NCBI GenBank assembly: GCA_964608315.1
Contig: CAZSNF010000006.1
Span: forward strand, 71,670 to 135,669
Origin: an uncultured Rhodothermales bacterium
GTDB taxonomy: Bacteria > Bacteroidota > Rhodothermia > Rhodothermales > VXPQ01
Reading direction: 5' to 3'
Length of the DNA stretch: 64,000 bases
The translations under genes and the position numbers were made by a program. Shown one piece after another: positions 28,136-40,520 of the stretch. Each line of letters opens with the position of its first letter. Position 1 is the first letter of the stretch. The notes beneath the pieces were generated by a model. That model saw only the letters and a program-made list of their open reading frames with translations, was not told where the DNA came from and did no database searches.

Positions 28136-29778
28136 GGGTCCGGCAGTCCAGGTTCCACGAGCAACACCGTTTCGCGTTCCGTTGTTACGGCGCCGGGCGG
28201 CCCGCCTTTCGCCTTGCGCACGTATTTGCGTTCGGCGACCGTCACGGGCGCAAGGCCGCTGCCCCGGGCCTTGCTGAACCAGGCGGCGATGGATGCGGCT
28301 TGCCGGATTATGGCGGCGTCGGGCGCGGCGTTGCGATGGGGCAGCCGGAGTACGGCGTGTACCCCCGGTACGCCGCGGGCGTGCATCCACAGGTCGTATT
28401 TTTGCGCATGCCGAAACGTCAGTTCGTCGTTCTGGCGGGCATTGCGGCCTGCCCAGACCTCGTACCCTGCCCTCAGGCGAAATCGTCGAAAGGGGATGTG
28501 CCTTGCTTGCTGTTTCGAATCGTTCAGGAAGCGGGCCAGCAGGTCCTCCCGGTCCATACGAAAATCGCGCAAGGCCTGCAGGGTTTTTATTGCGCGCAGC
28601 GCATCCAGCAATTCCCGTACTTCCCGCGCGCCTTGCACGGTTTCCGCCCTTCGGCGTTCGGCGGTTTTGCGCGCCGTTCGCGCGCGGCGGGCCCGTTCAT
28701 AAAAATGCCGGGCGTTTTCTATAGCCGAGAGCGCGGGGTCGAGGGGTACGGTTATGTTTTCTCCTTCCGAAAACAGGTTTTGCAGGGAGGCTTCCTCGGC
28801 GCCTCGAGGAATATCCTGCGCTTGCGCCGTCAGTAGGTGCCCCCAGGTTTCGTACTGATCGGCCCGGCTCTCCCGGGATTCGGCTTCCTGCATATGTTGC
28901 AGGCGGCGGTCGTATTGTCGCACGGCGCGCTCAAGCGCCTTTTCGAGGGGGTCGAACAGTTCCCGGAAGCGTTGATGCGCCAGGGATCGGCGGACGCCTT
29001 CCCGGACCGCCTGCCCGACGGTTTCAAAGGATTCTTCCTCCAGGTCGCGGACATGCTCCAGCGCGATGAGCGAAAAAAGCGGAGCGCCTTGTTCGTCCCG
29101 GTATATGCGGGGCGCCGGCGCGAGGAGGTCCCGCCGCACCGTTTCCGCGGCGTGGAACAGCGCCTCCCGATCCTTTGGAGACGTCTCGGCGGGCGCGTTC
29201 GGGTTCAACCCGGCGCGCACGGCGATTTCGGCGCCAAGCGTACGGTCGAACAATGGACACGCACGGCATACCGCTTGCGTAATCGAGCGCCCTTTGGGGT
29301 CGTAGCGGGCTGTGAACGCCGCTTCGTCGCCGGGGTAAGGCGCCGGACGCGGGGCGGGGGGCGCCGCGCCTGCGAGCGCGCTATCATTCCGAAACGCGGA
29401 CAGGATTCGGTTGCTCGCCACGAGAAACACATTGGCGCGCGGGCCGAACAATGCAACCTGAAAGGTTATGCCTCCGGAGAGGTCCAGAAAGAGCATGCGA
29501 TCCCGGTCGGCTATCCGCAGGGATTCCAGCCGGCTCCCGATGGCTTGCTCGAACAGCGTTGCGGCGTTGCGGCGGGCCCGGGCGTACCCGTCTGTGGAAA
29601 AGATAAAAAGAAGCGGGGGGCGGACGCCTGCGCGGAGCGTTTGGGCGCCATCCCGACCCGCAAAGGTCAGGGAAAGTTCGTCCCGTTCTTGTGACCAGAC
29701 ATCCTCGAGCGTACGTCCGACGAGCGACGTTCGCCATTCCGTAGCCAGGGCGCGCAGCGTATGGTAGTTCGCAATCAT
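28114..29778 (-). CDS. NFACT-family protein (FbpA/RqcH-like, DUF814)
   Basis: FRRFRLRAGYEVWAGRNARQNDELTFRHAQKYDLWMHARGVPGVHAVL. Confidence 0.8.
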   Translation of the reverse strand: MIANYHTLRALATEWRTSLVGRTLEDVWSQERDELSLTFAGRDGAQTLRAGVRPPLLFIFSTDGYARARRNAATLFEQAIGSRLESLRIADRDRMLFLDLSGGITFQVALFGPRANVFLVASNRILSAFRNDSALAGAAPPAPRPAPYPGDEAAFTARYDPKGRSITQAVCRACPLFDRTLGAEIAVRAGLNPNAPAETSPKDREALFHAAETVRRDLLAPAPRIYRDEQGAPLFSLIALEHVRDLEEESFETVGQAVREGVRRSLAHQRFRELFDPLEKALERAVRQYDRRLQHMQEAESRESRADQYETWGHLLTAQAQDIPRGAEEASLQNLFSEGENITVPLDPALSAIENARHFYERARRARTARKTAERRRAETVQGAREVRELLDALRAIKTLQALRDFRMDREDLLARFLNDSKQQARHIPFRRFRLRAGYEVWAGRNARQNDELTFRHAQKYDLWMHARGVPGVHAVLRLPHRNAAPDAAIIRQAASIAAWFSKARGSGLAPVTVAERKYVRKAKGGPPGAVTTERETVLLVEPGLPDPSPEYSD

Positions 29779-30977
29779 TGCGGCGTATCCTGTTCCGCTG
29801 CGTCGAGCGCCCGGACAATGGCGCTACAAGCGTCGTCGAGCACGTCGAAGGAGATGGTCAGGGGCGGAGCAATGCGGACCAGACAGTCCGAATGCAAGGT
29901 CCATCCAAGCAATACGCCGTCCTCCAGGCATTGGCGCACCGTGCGCGCGGTCAGCCGGGCGTCGCGAAGTTGCATGCCCAGCATGGCGCCTCGTCCCCGC
30001 AGCGCGATGATCGCCGGGTGTCGCAAACGCTCCCGGATGCGTTCTTCTATGACGCGGGCGCGGGCCGGAAGCGCTTCGTCGAGCAACACATGCAAGGCGG
30101 CCAGCGCGGCGGCGCAAGATACCGGATGGCCGCCGAAGGTGGTTACGTGACTCAGAGGGGGATTTCTTCGCAGGGCCTGAAACAGTTCTGCGCTGGAAAC
30201 GAATGCGCCCAGCGGCATGCCGCCGCCAAAGGCTTTCGCAACAGTCAGAATATCGGGAACGACGCCGAATTGCTCGAACGCAAAAAGCGATCCGGTGCGA
30301 CCGAACCCCGTTTGCACCTCGTCGAAGATCAGGAGGGCCCCGGTTTCGTCGCAGCGCGCCCGCAATGCCTGCATCCAGCGCTCCGACGGGACGTTCATGC
30401 CGCCTTCCCCCTGAACAGGCTCGGTAATAACGCAAGCGGTGTGCTTGCCTATGGCCTGCAAGGCGCGCTCGTCGTCGAAAGGCAGCATATCCACGTTGGG
30501 CAGCAGCGGGCGAAAGGGTTCCTGGTACACGGGCCGTCCGGTTACGGACAATGATCCATGCGTATCGCCGTGAAACGATCCTTCGAAAGCCACGATGTTC
30601 GACCGTCCCGTTGCTTTTTTCGCCAGTTTGAGGGCGCCTTCGTTGGCCTCGGTTCCGGAATTGGTGAAGTAGGTTACCTGCAAGGAAGGCGGCAAGCGCC
30701 GGGCCAGGCATTCTGCAAGGTCTGTTTGCGGTCGCTGCACGAATTCTCCGTAGACCATCACGTGCATATGACGCGCTGCTTGCTTGCGGACCGCCTCCAC
30801 CACCGCCGGATGTCCGTGCCCCAGCGACGAAACGGCGACGCCGCTGATCATATCCACGATGCGGCGCTGGTCCGAAAGGTACAGGTAGGGGCCTTCGGCC
30901 CGGTCTATGACGAGCCCAAGCGGCGTATCGCTTGTCCACGCCATGAATTTTCCGAATCGTTCCTGAAGTAACGACAT
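29775..30977 (-). CDS. Class III PLP-dependent aminotransferase (acetylornithine/ornithine type)
   Basis: SGTEANEGALKLA, DEVQTGFGRTG, TVAKAFGGGMPLGAF. Confidence 0.85.
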   Translation of the reverse strand: MSLLQERFGKFMAWTSDTPLGLVIDRAEGPYLYLSDQRRIVDMISGVAVSSLGHGHPAVVEAVRKQAARHMHVMVYGEFVQRPQTDLAECLARRLPPSLQVTYFTNSGTEANEGALKLAKKATGRSNIVAFEGSFHGDTHGSLSVTGRPVYQEPFRPLLPNVDMLPFDDERALQAIGKHTACVITEPVQGEGGMNVPSERWMQALRARCDETGALLIFDEVQTGFGRTGSLFAFEQFGVVPDILTVAKAFGGGMPLGAFVSSAELFQALRRNPPLSHVTTFGGHPVSCAAALAALHVLLDEALPARARVIEERIRERLRHPAIIALRGRGAMLGMQLRDARLTARTVRQCLEDGVLLGWTLHSDCLVRIAPPLTISFDVLDDACSAIVRALDAAEQDTPQ

Positions 30978-31035
30978 AGCCGAGTTTTTCGCCGGTTAGT
31001 CTGGCTGCGCGCAGCGGTTTTGGGCAACGTCTCCC

Positions 31036-31301
31036 GTAAGGAAACTCTGATTAAATGTGCAAAGTTCAGAGGCTGCGAGAGGCGCTCTGGCAAGGAATGA
31101 CGAAGCAAGTAGTGTGGCGGCCCCGCATAATGAGGAATGACACAGTTAGCGCGCCTCTCGCAGTCTCCCGAAGGGCGCTTCACGTCCGCCATGCCCCGAA
31201 TCCGAAGCGTCCAGCGCTGATTTTATCGCCGCCATCATGACGTTACTTTACGCACGAACGTGAAGCGCTGATCAAAGTAGATTTAATCAGAGTTTCCGTA
31301 A
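31036..31301. repeat. Family-1 repeat, full length
   Basis: Collinear with 14934-15196. Confidence 0.85.
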
Positions 31302-31611
31302 ATAAATACGCGGCGGCGCGTTCGAATGCAATGTTTTGGAAGCCGGGAACCTGTACGCAGGTTTTTTGTGAAAGCGGTAACGGGTTTTTATGTCCGAACC
31401 GACTGTATTAACGCGTATAACGAGCCCGTTATACCCATTCGGTCCCGGAAAGTCATAAAAAAACCTGGTCCTGTCCGGCGTCGGTCGCCCGCCGATTCCC
31501 GGATCAGCCGGACCAGGACGCCCGGACATAGCGCGCGGCCCTGTTTCTGCCCTTCCACCCTTTGCGCCGCCGCTTGCCGCGTCGTTATTTCCTTCGTCGC
31601 AACGACATGCC

Positions 31612-33033
31612 ATGATTACTACGATCGCCCAAGCCCTTTTTGATCGCCTGATCGCCGCATTTCCGCCGGATCGCGTCTACGGACGTTCGGATATCCGACG
31701 CGCACCCATGCCCCGCGCGCTTGCAGATTATCTCGAACAAGTGCTGCATATGAAACTGCGGGATGCGCTCCGGGAAAGCCATCTCCGGGAAGCCTGGATA
31801 GACGCGCAGGCGACAGAAGTTAACGAGGCGCGCGCTCATTTTTTCAATATCGTCGCTCGTCATCAGGGTTTTCCGGCTTCTGCGTGGGCCGATTTTCTGA
31901 AAAATGCGTGCCATCAGACGCTGTATCTCGTTATTCAGCCGACGGCGTCCCTGATCGACTCGGTGTTCGACCCCCTCGGCAATCCGGCGCCTGCGGACAC
32001 GATGCGCGATCGCATGGGACTGTATCCCGCGCGGATTCCCTGTCGGGATAAACTCGAAACCTGGCTGGATGAGCAGGGGGACGAACCGGTCGGGCGGGAT
32101 TCGTTCGAAGCATTCGTGCGCGAGGCGGATCGGCAATTGGCGGAGGACAGTTCGCCAGCCGAATGGCTGCGTTTGCTGGATCCGCTGGTCAAGGTGCTTG
32201 GCACCGCCGGGCATCGCGAAATTCCCGTAGAGTTCGCAGAAGCGTTTTTGCGCGAAAAAGGCGCCGACGCCCTGTTGCAGTATCTCGGACAGTTGTACGA
32301 TTCGAAGGGAAGCATTCCCGTCGATAAGCTGGAAGCGTTTTTTACGTCTGGCGTGGCGCAAACCGAAGAATCCGTCGAAGAGACGCCCCGGGAGCATGCA
32401 AAACCGCCGGAGCAGTCCCGGCCGGCGGAACCCCGGGCCCCGCAGCCTTTGTGGAAATGGTTTGCGAAACATTCGGACGACGATGCATCCGCCGACGCAA
32501 CGCCTTCCGAACCCGCTTCGCTCGACCAGAACGGAAGCGCGGCGCCGGAGCCGCTCTGGAAACAATTTCGTCCGGATTCGGCGCCTGCCGAAGAAACGCT
32601 CGAAGAGGCTCCCGCAACGGAACCAGTTCCTGTGGAAAACGGCGCGCCCGGCGCGCTCGAACTTGTTGCGCCGCCAAAATCTTCTGCCCGGATTCTGGCG
32701 TCCGAATCCAGTCCTGCGGCGTCGTTGCCGGAAGATCCCGATGCTTCCAGTGCGGCGCCGGGCGGGAGCAATGGGTCCGGAGGTCTGGCGGATATTGAAT
32801 ATGCCGTGCTTGGGAAGCGCGGTGCGCGAAACAGGGGCCTTTTCGTGGAATGTCTTTTTCAGGGGCAGGAGGACGCCTACGAAGCGGTTTTGCAGCGCCT
32901 GCATGGGGCGAGGGACTGGTCGGAGGCGTCGCAAACCATTGCAAACGAGGTGTTTATGAAATACCAGGTGAATATCTACAGTCCGCCTGCCGTCACCTTT
33001 ACCGAGGCCGTAGAGGCCCGGTACGGCGTTTGA
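31612..33033 (+). CDS. Hypothetical protein with a central low-complexity acidic/Pro-rich region
   Basis: Protein-like N- and C-terminal domains. The longer opposite-strand ORF (31585..33528) is R/G/P-rich junk. Confidence 0.7.
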   Translation: MITTIAQALFDRLIAAFPPDRVYGRSDIRRAPMPRALADYLEQVLHMKLRDALRESHLREAWIDAQATEVNEARAHFFNIVARHQGFPASAWADFLKNACHQTLYLVIQPTASLIDSVFDPLGNPAPADTMRDRMGLYPARIPCRDKLETWLDEQGDEPVGRDSFEAFVREADRQLAEDSSPAEWLRLLDPLVKVLGTAGHREIPVEFAEAFLREKGADALLQYLGQLYDSKGSIPVDKLEAFFTSGVAQTEESVEETPREHAKPPEQSRPAEPRAPQPLWKWFAKHSDDDASADATPSEPASLDQNGSAAPEPLWKQFRPDSAPAEETLEEAPATEPVPVENGAPGALELVAPPKSSARILASESSPAASLPEDPDASSAAPGGSNGSGGLADIEYAVLGKRGARNRGLFVECLFQGQEDAYEAVLQRLHGARDWSEASQTIANEVFMKYQVNIYSPPAVTFTEAVEARYGV

Positions 33034-33042
33034 GCCGCGCGC

Positions 33043-34596
33043 ATGGATGATCGCAAAAACAAGCGAGCCGACCTGGAAAACCGCCGTGAAGAGGCGCTTC
33101 TTGGCGGGGGAGCGGCGCGTATTGCACAGCAACGCGAAAGGGGAAAATTGACCGCCCGCGAGCGGATCGATGTGCTTCTGGACGCCGGGTCCTTTCAGGA
33201 AACCGGGATGTTCGTGCGGCATCAGGCGCGGGATTTCGGGCTTGCCGATCAGCGGCCCTACGGCGACGGCGTGGTTACGGGCTTCGGCGCGATCAACGGA
33301 CGCCTCGTCTATGTATACAGTCAGGATTTTACCGTCTTCGGCGGATCGCTGGGGCTTGCTCACGCTCGAAAGGTCACCCGCCTCATGGATTTGGCGCTGG
33401 AGAACGGGGCGCCTGTCGTGGGGCTGAACGATTCCGGGGGCGCGCGCATACAGGAAGGCGTCGATTCGCTGGGGGGCTATGCGGAGATTTTTCTTCTGAA
33501 TACCATGGCGTCGGGCGTGGTGCCGCAATTATCCGCGGTTTTGGGTCCATGCGCCGGGGGCGCAGTGTACAGCCCGGCGCTCACCGACTTCGTTTTTATG
33601 GCGAAGAACACAAGCTATATGTTCGTGACGGGGCCGAATGTGGTCAAGACGGTAACCCGGGAAGAAGTGACCGCCGAGGAACTGGGCGGAGCGCGCACCC
33701 ATACCGAAAAGAGCGGCGTTGCGCACGTGGCCTGCGAGAATGAAGTGGAATGTTTGCGCCGGATACGCGATCTCTTGCAGTATATTCCGCAGAATTGCGA
33801 GGAGGCTCCTCCGTTTGTCCCCACCGACGACCCCCCGGATCGCATGGACGAAGCGCTTAACGATATTGTGCCGGAGCATCCGAACAAGCCCTATGATATG
33901 CTGGAAGCGATCCGGATGCTTGTAGACGACCGCAATTTTTTCGAAATTCAGGCCGACTTTGCGCCGAATCTGCTGGTCGGGTTTGCCCGGGTCGGAGGGC
34001 GATCTGTCGGCGTGGTTGCGAATAATCCGGCGGCGCTGGCGGGCGTACTGGATATGGACGCTTCGGTCAAGGGCGCGCGTTTCGTGCGGTTTTGCGACGC
34101 CTTCAATATTCCGTTGCTGGTGCTGGTGGACGTCCCCGGTTTCATGCCGGGAACCGATCAGGAGTGGGGAGGCATTATTCGGCATGGCGCCAAACTGCTC
34201 TATGCGTTTTGCGAAGCGACTGTCCCCAAAATCACTGTCGTCACGCGCAAGGCGTACGGAGGCGCTTACGATGTGATGAATTCGAAGCATATTCGGGGAG
34301 ATTTGAATTTTGCCTGGCCCACGGCGGAAATCGCCGTCATGGGACCGAAGGGCGCCGTCGAAATTATCTACAAGCGTCAACTGGCCGAGGCGGACGATCC
34401 CGCCGAGGCGGAAGAAGATTTTGTCCGGCAGTACCGGGATACGTTCGCGAATCCCTATATCGCCGCCGGGCAAGGGTATGTAGACGACATTATCCTGCCT
34501 GCCGAAACCCGGTATCGACTTGTTCGGGGGTTCGATATGCTGCGGAACAAAGTGGCCCGCAACCCCCGGAAAAAACACGGGAATATCCCTTTGTAG
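33043..34596 (+). CDS. pccB: Acyl-CoA (propionyl/methylmalonyl) carboxyltransferase beta subunit
   Basis: Full-length carboxyltransferase pattern (GGARIQEG..., ...GGAYDVM...). Confidence 0.9.
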   Translation: MDDRKNKRADLENRREEALLGGGAARIAQQRERGKLTARERIDVLLDAGSFQETGMFVRHQARDFGLADQRPYGDGVVTGFGAINGRLVYVYSQDFTVFGGSLGLAHARKVTRLMDLALENGAPVVGLNDSGGARIQEGVDSLGGYAEIFLLNTMASGVVPQLSAVLGPCAGGAVYSPALTDFVFMAKNTSYMFVTGPNVVKTVTREEVTAEELGGARTHTEKSGVAHVACENEVECLRRIRDLLQYIPQNCEEAPPFVPTDDPPDRMDEALNDIVPEHPNKPYDMLEAIRMLVDDRNFFEIQADFAPNLLVGFARVGGRSVGVVANNPAALAGVLDMDASVKGARFVRFCDAFNIPLLVLVDVPGFMPGTDQEWGGIIRHGAKLLYAFCEATVPKITVVTRKAYGGAYDVMNSKHIRGDLNFAWPTAEIAVMGPKGAVEIIYKRQLAEADDPAEAEEDFVRQYRDTFANPYIAAGQGYVDDIILPAETRYRLVRGFDMLRNKVARNPRKKHGNIPL

Positions 34597-34639
34597 GCCC
34601 CGTGCTGTTTGTGGTATTCGCTCACGAAACCGAAACGCA

Positions 34640-35254
34640 ATGAAAACCCGAATCCTGTTGTTCGCAGCGACCTGTGCGCTTGCAGCCTGTGGTTCTGACG
34701 AAGCGGAGAAACAAGCGGCGGCGGAAGCCCTGATGCAAGAAAAGGTTACGGCGGCGTACGAAGCGGAGGCAATGGCTTACGAAGCGTCGGCGGCGGCGGC
34801 CGAAGCAGCAGCCGCGGCGCGGGAAGCGGAGGCGGATGCGCACGAAGCGGATGCGCAGACGCAATATGCTTCGAGCAGTCGGGAGCGGGCTTCGGATGCG
34901 CTGCGGTATGTTCCGACTGCGCGGGAGCGGGCTTCGGATGCGCGACGGAATGCTTCGACTGCGCGGGAGGCGGCTTCAGATGCGCGGGCGTGGGCTTCGG
35001 ATGCGCCACAGTATGCTTCGAATGCCCGGGAGGCGGCCTCGGCGGCGCGGGGGTATGCTTTGGATGCGCGGGAAGGCGCGCGGGAGGCGGACTCTCTCAG
35101 GATGCTTTCCCCGGCGAGCGCAACGGCGATATTGTGGGAGAAGGTGGTGCAGGCGGAGGAAGCGTCCGAGGCGGTGGAGGAGCGGGAGGCGGAGGCGTGG
35201 GAAATGGCGGCGCAGGCATGGGACGCGGTTGGGGAGGCGTACGACGGGGAGTAA
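34640..35254 (+). CDS. Ala-rich repeat lipoprotein
   Basis: Lipobox LAAC at MKTRILLFAATCALAACGS. Tandem ~14-aa RE(R/A)ASDA.. repeats. Confidence 0.65.
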   Translation: MKTRILLFAATCALAACGSDEAEKQAAAEALMQEKVTAAYEAEAMAYEASAAAAEAAAAAREAEADAHEADAQTQYASSSRERASDALRYVPTARERASDARRNASTAREAASDARAWASDAPQYASNAREAASAARGYALDAREGAREADSLRMLSPASATAILWEKVVQAEEASEAVEEREAEAWEMAAQAWDAVGEAYDGE

Positions 35255-35260
35255 CGTGCG

Positions 35261-36013
35261 TTATCCGAATAGCGCCCGCAGGTATTCCCGCCGCATCTTC
35301 GCAATGGCGGCGATGGAGATTTGTTTCGGGCAAACGGCTTCGCATTCTCCGTGGTTCGAGCAGTCGCCGAAGCCTTCGGCCTGCATCTGATCCACCATGC
35401 GCACGACCCGTTCCTTGCGTTCGGCCTGGCCTTGCGGGAGGTGCGCAAGATGGGCTATTTTCGCGCCGGTAAACAAGGAAGCGGACGCATTCGGACAGGA
35501 GGCGACGCAGGCTCCGCACCCGATGCAGGCGGCGAAATCGAATGCTTCGTCTACGTCTTTCTTCGGAATGGGCAAGCTGTTCGCATCCGGCGCGCCGCCC
35601 GTATCCACGGACACGTAGCCGCCCGCCGCAATAATACGGTCGAATGCGCTGCGGTCCACCACCAGGTCCTTGATGATGGGAAACGCTTCGGCGCGGAACG
35701 GTTCGACGACAATGGTGTCTCCGTCCTTGTAATGCCGCATATGCAACTGGCACACGGCCGTAGCCTTCATGGGGCCGTGCGCAATGCCTCCCACCACGAG
35801 GCCGCATGAGCCGCAAATGCCTTCGCGGCAGTCGTTGTCGAATTCGACCGGGTCTTCCCCCTTATGGATGAGTTCTTCGTTCAACACGTCCAGCGCCTCG
35901 AGGAAGGACATATCCTCGTTCAGGTTGTCGAGCGTGTAATCGACCAGCCTTCCCTTTGCGTCCGGTCCGGACTGCCGCCAGACTTTCAAGTGTATGGTCA
36001 TCGTTTGCGCCAT
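35261..36013 (-). CDS. sdhB: Succinate dehydrogenase iron-sulfur subunit
   Basis: [34 protein letters not shown]. Confidence 0.95.
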   Translation of the reverse strand: MAQTMTIHLKVWRQSGPDAKGRLVDYTLDNLNEDMSFLEALDVLNEELIHKGEDPVEFDNDCREGICGSCGLVVGGIAHGPMKATAVCQLHMRHYKDGDTIVVEPFRAEAFPIIKDLVVDRSAFDRIIAAGGYVSVDTGGAPDANSLPIPKKDVDEAFDFAACIGCGACVASCPNASASLFTGAKIAHLAHLPQGQAERKERVVRMVDQMQAEGFGDCSNHGECEAVCPKQISIAAIAKMRREYLRALFG

Positions 36014-36070
36014 GGGGCTGCGAAATGGTTCAGATCAGAGTATCCTCAGGGCTTCGACAAACGCGCTGCG

Positions 36071-37987
<1,917 letters not shown>

Positions 37988-37997
37988 AGCGGTAGCG

Positions 37998-38711
37998 TTA
38001 CAGGGCGGAGAAGTAAATGTACAGGGGGAGCGCGATAAAACCGACGGCGACGCCGACGGCAAGCAGGGCGGCGATTCCGTAGATCAGCGGCGTCAGGCGC
38101 CGATTCATGGCGCCGAGGGACTGAAGCGCGCTCCATACGCCGTGCCGCAAATGAAATCCGAGCAAGATCATGACGGCGGCATATCCGAAGGCATAGAGTG
38201 GGCGCTGGAATTTTTCGGTAACCAGTCGTTTCAGGTCCCGGATCTGTTCGCCTTCCGCCAGCAGACTATATCCCTCTGCGATTCCCGGGCCGAACTTGAA
38301 GGACTTGATGTGGATTACGAGAAAAACGAGCAGCACGACGCCGGTCAGGATCATGGTTCGGGAACTCGGCGATTGCAAGCCGGGCCGTCCGGCGCTTCGA
38401 TAGACGTCGTATCCGCGTTTCCTGGCGCGCCGTTTGCCGAGGTAGATATTGACGCCGAGGATCGCATGGATGACGAGGCAAACGACCAGCAGGATTTCGG
38501 CGGCGTAGAGCAGCGGCCCCAGGCTCATCAGCTTGTGCGCGTATTCGTTGTAGGCTTCGCCTGCGCCGAAGTAGCTCAGGTTTCCCGCCATGTGGAGGAT
38601 TACGAATCCTGCCCAGGCGAGGCCTGTAACCCCGGTCAGTATTTTTTTGCCGATCGGAGAGGCAAGGGCCGACAGGATATCCGGCTTGTCGCGTGTGGTC
38701 CGGGGCGTCAT
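37998..38711 (-). CDS. sdhC: Succinate dehydrogenase cytochrome b558 subunit (type B)
   Basis: Five-TM protein directly upstream of sdhA. Confidence 0.85.
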   Translation of the reverse strand: MTPRTTRDKPDILSALASPIGKKILTGVTGLAWAGFVILHMAGNLSYFGAGEAYNEYAHKLMSLGPLLYAAEILLVVCLVIHAILGVNIYLGKRRARKRGYDVYRSAGRPGLQSPSSRTMILTGVVLLVFLVIHIKSFKFGPGIAEGYSLLAEGEQIRDLKRLVTEKFQRPLYAFGYAAVMILLGFHLRHGVWSALQSLGAMNRRLTPLIYGIAALLAVGVAVGFIALPLYIYFSAL

Positions 38712-38924
38712 GATGCAGGGCGAGCGTTGCGACGCAGGGCCTTTTCGGGCTCTGATCGGGGTGTTTCAGGCGTGTCGGGGGTGAAAAAGAATGCAAAGAA
38801 GATAATAAATAGTAAGTTTCATTGGATTATTACAAAGTTTATGAATATACTGTCTGTTGCCCGGAATCAAATCGCATGTTCCGGGCCTGCATTTTGAAAC
38901 CACTCGCCATACGGAGGCCAAACT

Positions 38925-39170
38925 ATGACGAAATTACGTACTCTTTCCATAATGACGCTTGCCATCGCCTTGATGGCGCTCGTCGGCTGTGGCGGACAGC
39001 AAGCCGACAGCGAAGACGCCATGATGGACGACCATGAGATGGAGATGGAAAGCCATGACATGGATATGGAAGCCGAAGGGATGGATATGGATATGGAAGC
39101 CGATGACATGGAAATGGAGGGAGACGGGGACGATATGGAGATGATGGAAGGGGAGGAGATGGAGGAATAA
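38925..39170 (+). CDS. Small Met/Asp/Glu-rich lipoprotein
   Basis: GGAGG 7 nt before the ATG. Signal peptide plus lipobox LVGC. The mature 60 aa contain 15 Met, 28 Asp/Glu, 2 His and no Lys/Arg. Confidence 0.65.
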   Translation: MTKLRTLSIMTLAIALMALVGCGGQQADSEDAMMDDHEMEMESHDMDMEAEGMDMDMEADDMEMEGDGDDMEMMEGEEMEE

Positions 39171-39278
39171 CTCTGCCCCCCGGACCGGCGCCACACGGCC
39201 TGTGATCGGAGCGTTTTCGGTCGCAGGCTGTCGCATGTCTTTTTTCTCGCTTCCTCGAAGACGAGGGAGCGAGACGCG

Positions 39279-40520
39279 TTACTTTCTTTCGCGGATCGGG
39301 AGTACGCGTTTTTCTCGCGGACCTGCGTACGCAGCCTTCGGGCGAATCAGCTTGTTGTTGCTCCACTGCTCCTGCAGATGCGCGCTCCAGCCCGCCGTAC
39401 GGCTCAGGGCGAAGATGGGCGTGTACAGGTCGATAGCAATGCCGAGCGCGTAGTAGATGGAGGCGCTGAAGAAGTCTACGTTGGGATACAGCCCTTTTTC
39501 CGTCTCCATTACGTCCATCATTTCCAGGCTCATGGCATGCCATTTCAGGGAGCCGGCTTCTTCGCCGAATCCCCTGGCCATGTCTTTGAGGATGCTTGCG
39601 CGCGGGTCTATAGTCTTGTAGACCCGGTGCCCGAACCCCATAATGCGTTCCCGCCGCGCCAGTTTAGCCAGAATATAGTCCGCTGGCCGCTGGCCGGACC
39701 GGTCGATTTCGAGCAGCATGTGCATCACTTCCTGATTGGCCCCGCCGTGCAACGGGCCCTTCAGCGCTGCGACGCCGCCCGTTATAGCCGAGTAGATATC
39801 CGATAGCGTAGCTCCGATAACGCGGCTTGCAAAGGTCGAAGCGTTTAGCCCGTGTTCCGCGTGCAGGACAAGGCAAGCGTCGAACGTGCGTTCGGCCATT
39901 TCGCCGGGCCGTTTCCCCGTAAGCATGTAGAGGAAATTGTGCGCATGCGAGCAATCCATGCGGGGCGGCACCGGTTCTTTGCCGTTGCGCAGCCGGTCGA
40001 TCGCGGCGATAATTCCCGGAACGCGCGCGACGATCCGGATGGACTTTCTGTAATTCGCTTCCGGAGCGTTGTCGTCGGCCTCTTCATCGAAAAGACCGAG
40101 CGCAGAAACCGCCGTTCGGAGCATGGCCATGGGGCTGGCGCCTTCGGGCATGCGCTCCAGAACGCCCCACAGGCCCTCCGGCAAGACGAGGGCTGCGCGC
40201 AATTGGTCTTTTGCCTGGTCCAGCCGAGCCTGATTGGGCAGGTCGCCGTCCAGAAGAAGACAAAGCACTTCCTCGTAGGAAGCGTTGCGAGCGAGATCGC
40301 GGATATCGTAGCCGCGATACAGCAGGCGTCCGGCTTTTCCGTTGACGAGAGCGATATGCGAATCCAGCGCAACGACATCCGCGAGGCCTTGCGCCTTCGT
40401 CGTCGCATATCCTGCTTTTTCGGGATCTTTAGAGGCGTTCTTCGGGGTGGAGGAGGGCATGGGGGGGCGATAACGGTCTTTGCTCAAGTCGTCCCGCGAC
40501 GGAACGACGCTGCTATTCAT
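39279..40520 (-). CDS. gltA: Citrate synthase (start uncertain)
   Basis: GFGHRVYKTIDPRA and typical flanks. Confidence 0.95.
   Translation of the reverse strand: MNSSVVPSRDDLSKDRYRPPMPSSTPKNASKDPEKAGYATTKAQGLADVVALDSHIALVNGKAGRLLYRGYDIRDLARNASYEEVLCLLLDGDLPNQARLDQAKDQLRAALVLPEGLWGVLERMPEGASPMAMLRTAVSALGLFDEEADDNAPEANYRKSIRIVARVPGIIAAIDRLRNGKEPVPPRMDCSHAHNFLYMLTGKRPGEMAERTFDACLVLHAEHGLNASTFASRVIGATLSDIYSAITGGVAALKGPLHGGANQEVMHMLLEIDRSGQRPADYILAKLARRERIMGFGHRVYKTIDPRASILKDMARGFGEEAGSLKWHAMSLEMMDVMETEKGLYPNVDFFSASIYYALGIAIDLYTPIFALSRTAGWSAHLQEQWSNNKLIRPKAAYAGPREKRVLPIRERK

Noticed and set aside
31585-33528. 647-aa minus-strand ORF
   Set aside because: It is Arg/Gly/Pro-rich nonsense spanning two well-formed plus-strand genes (the hypothetical 31612..33033 and pccB), a typical high-GC antisense ORF.
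38867-39543. Several minus-strand ORFs over the Met-rich gene and gltA 3' region
   Set aside because: They are shadows of the repetitive GATATGGA-type coding repeat. The plus-strand ORF has an SD, a signal peptide and a lipobox.
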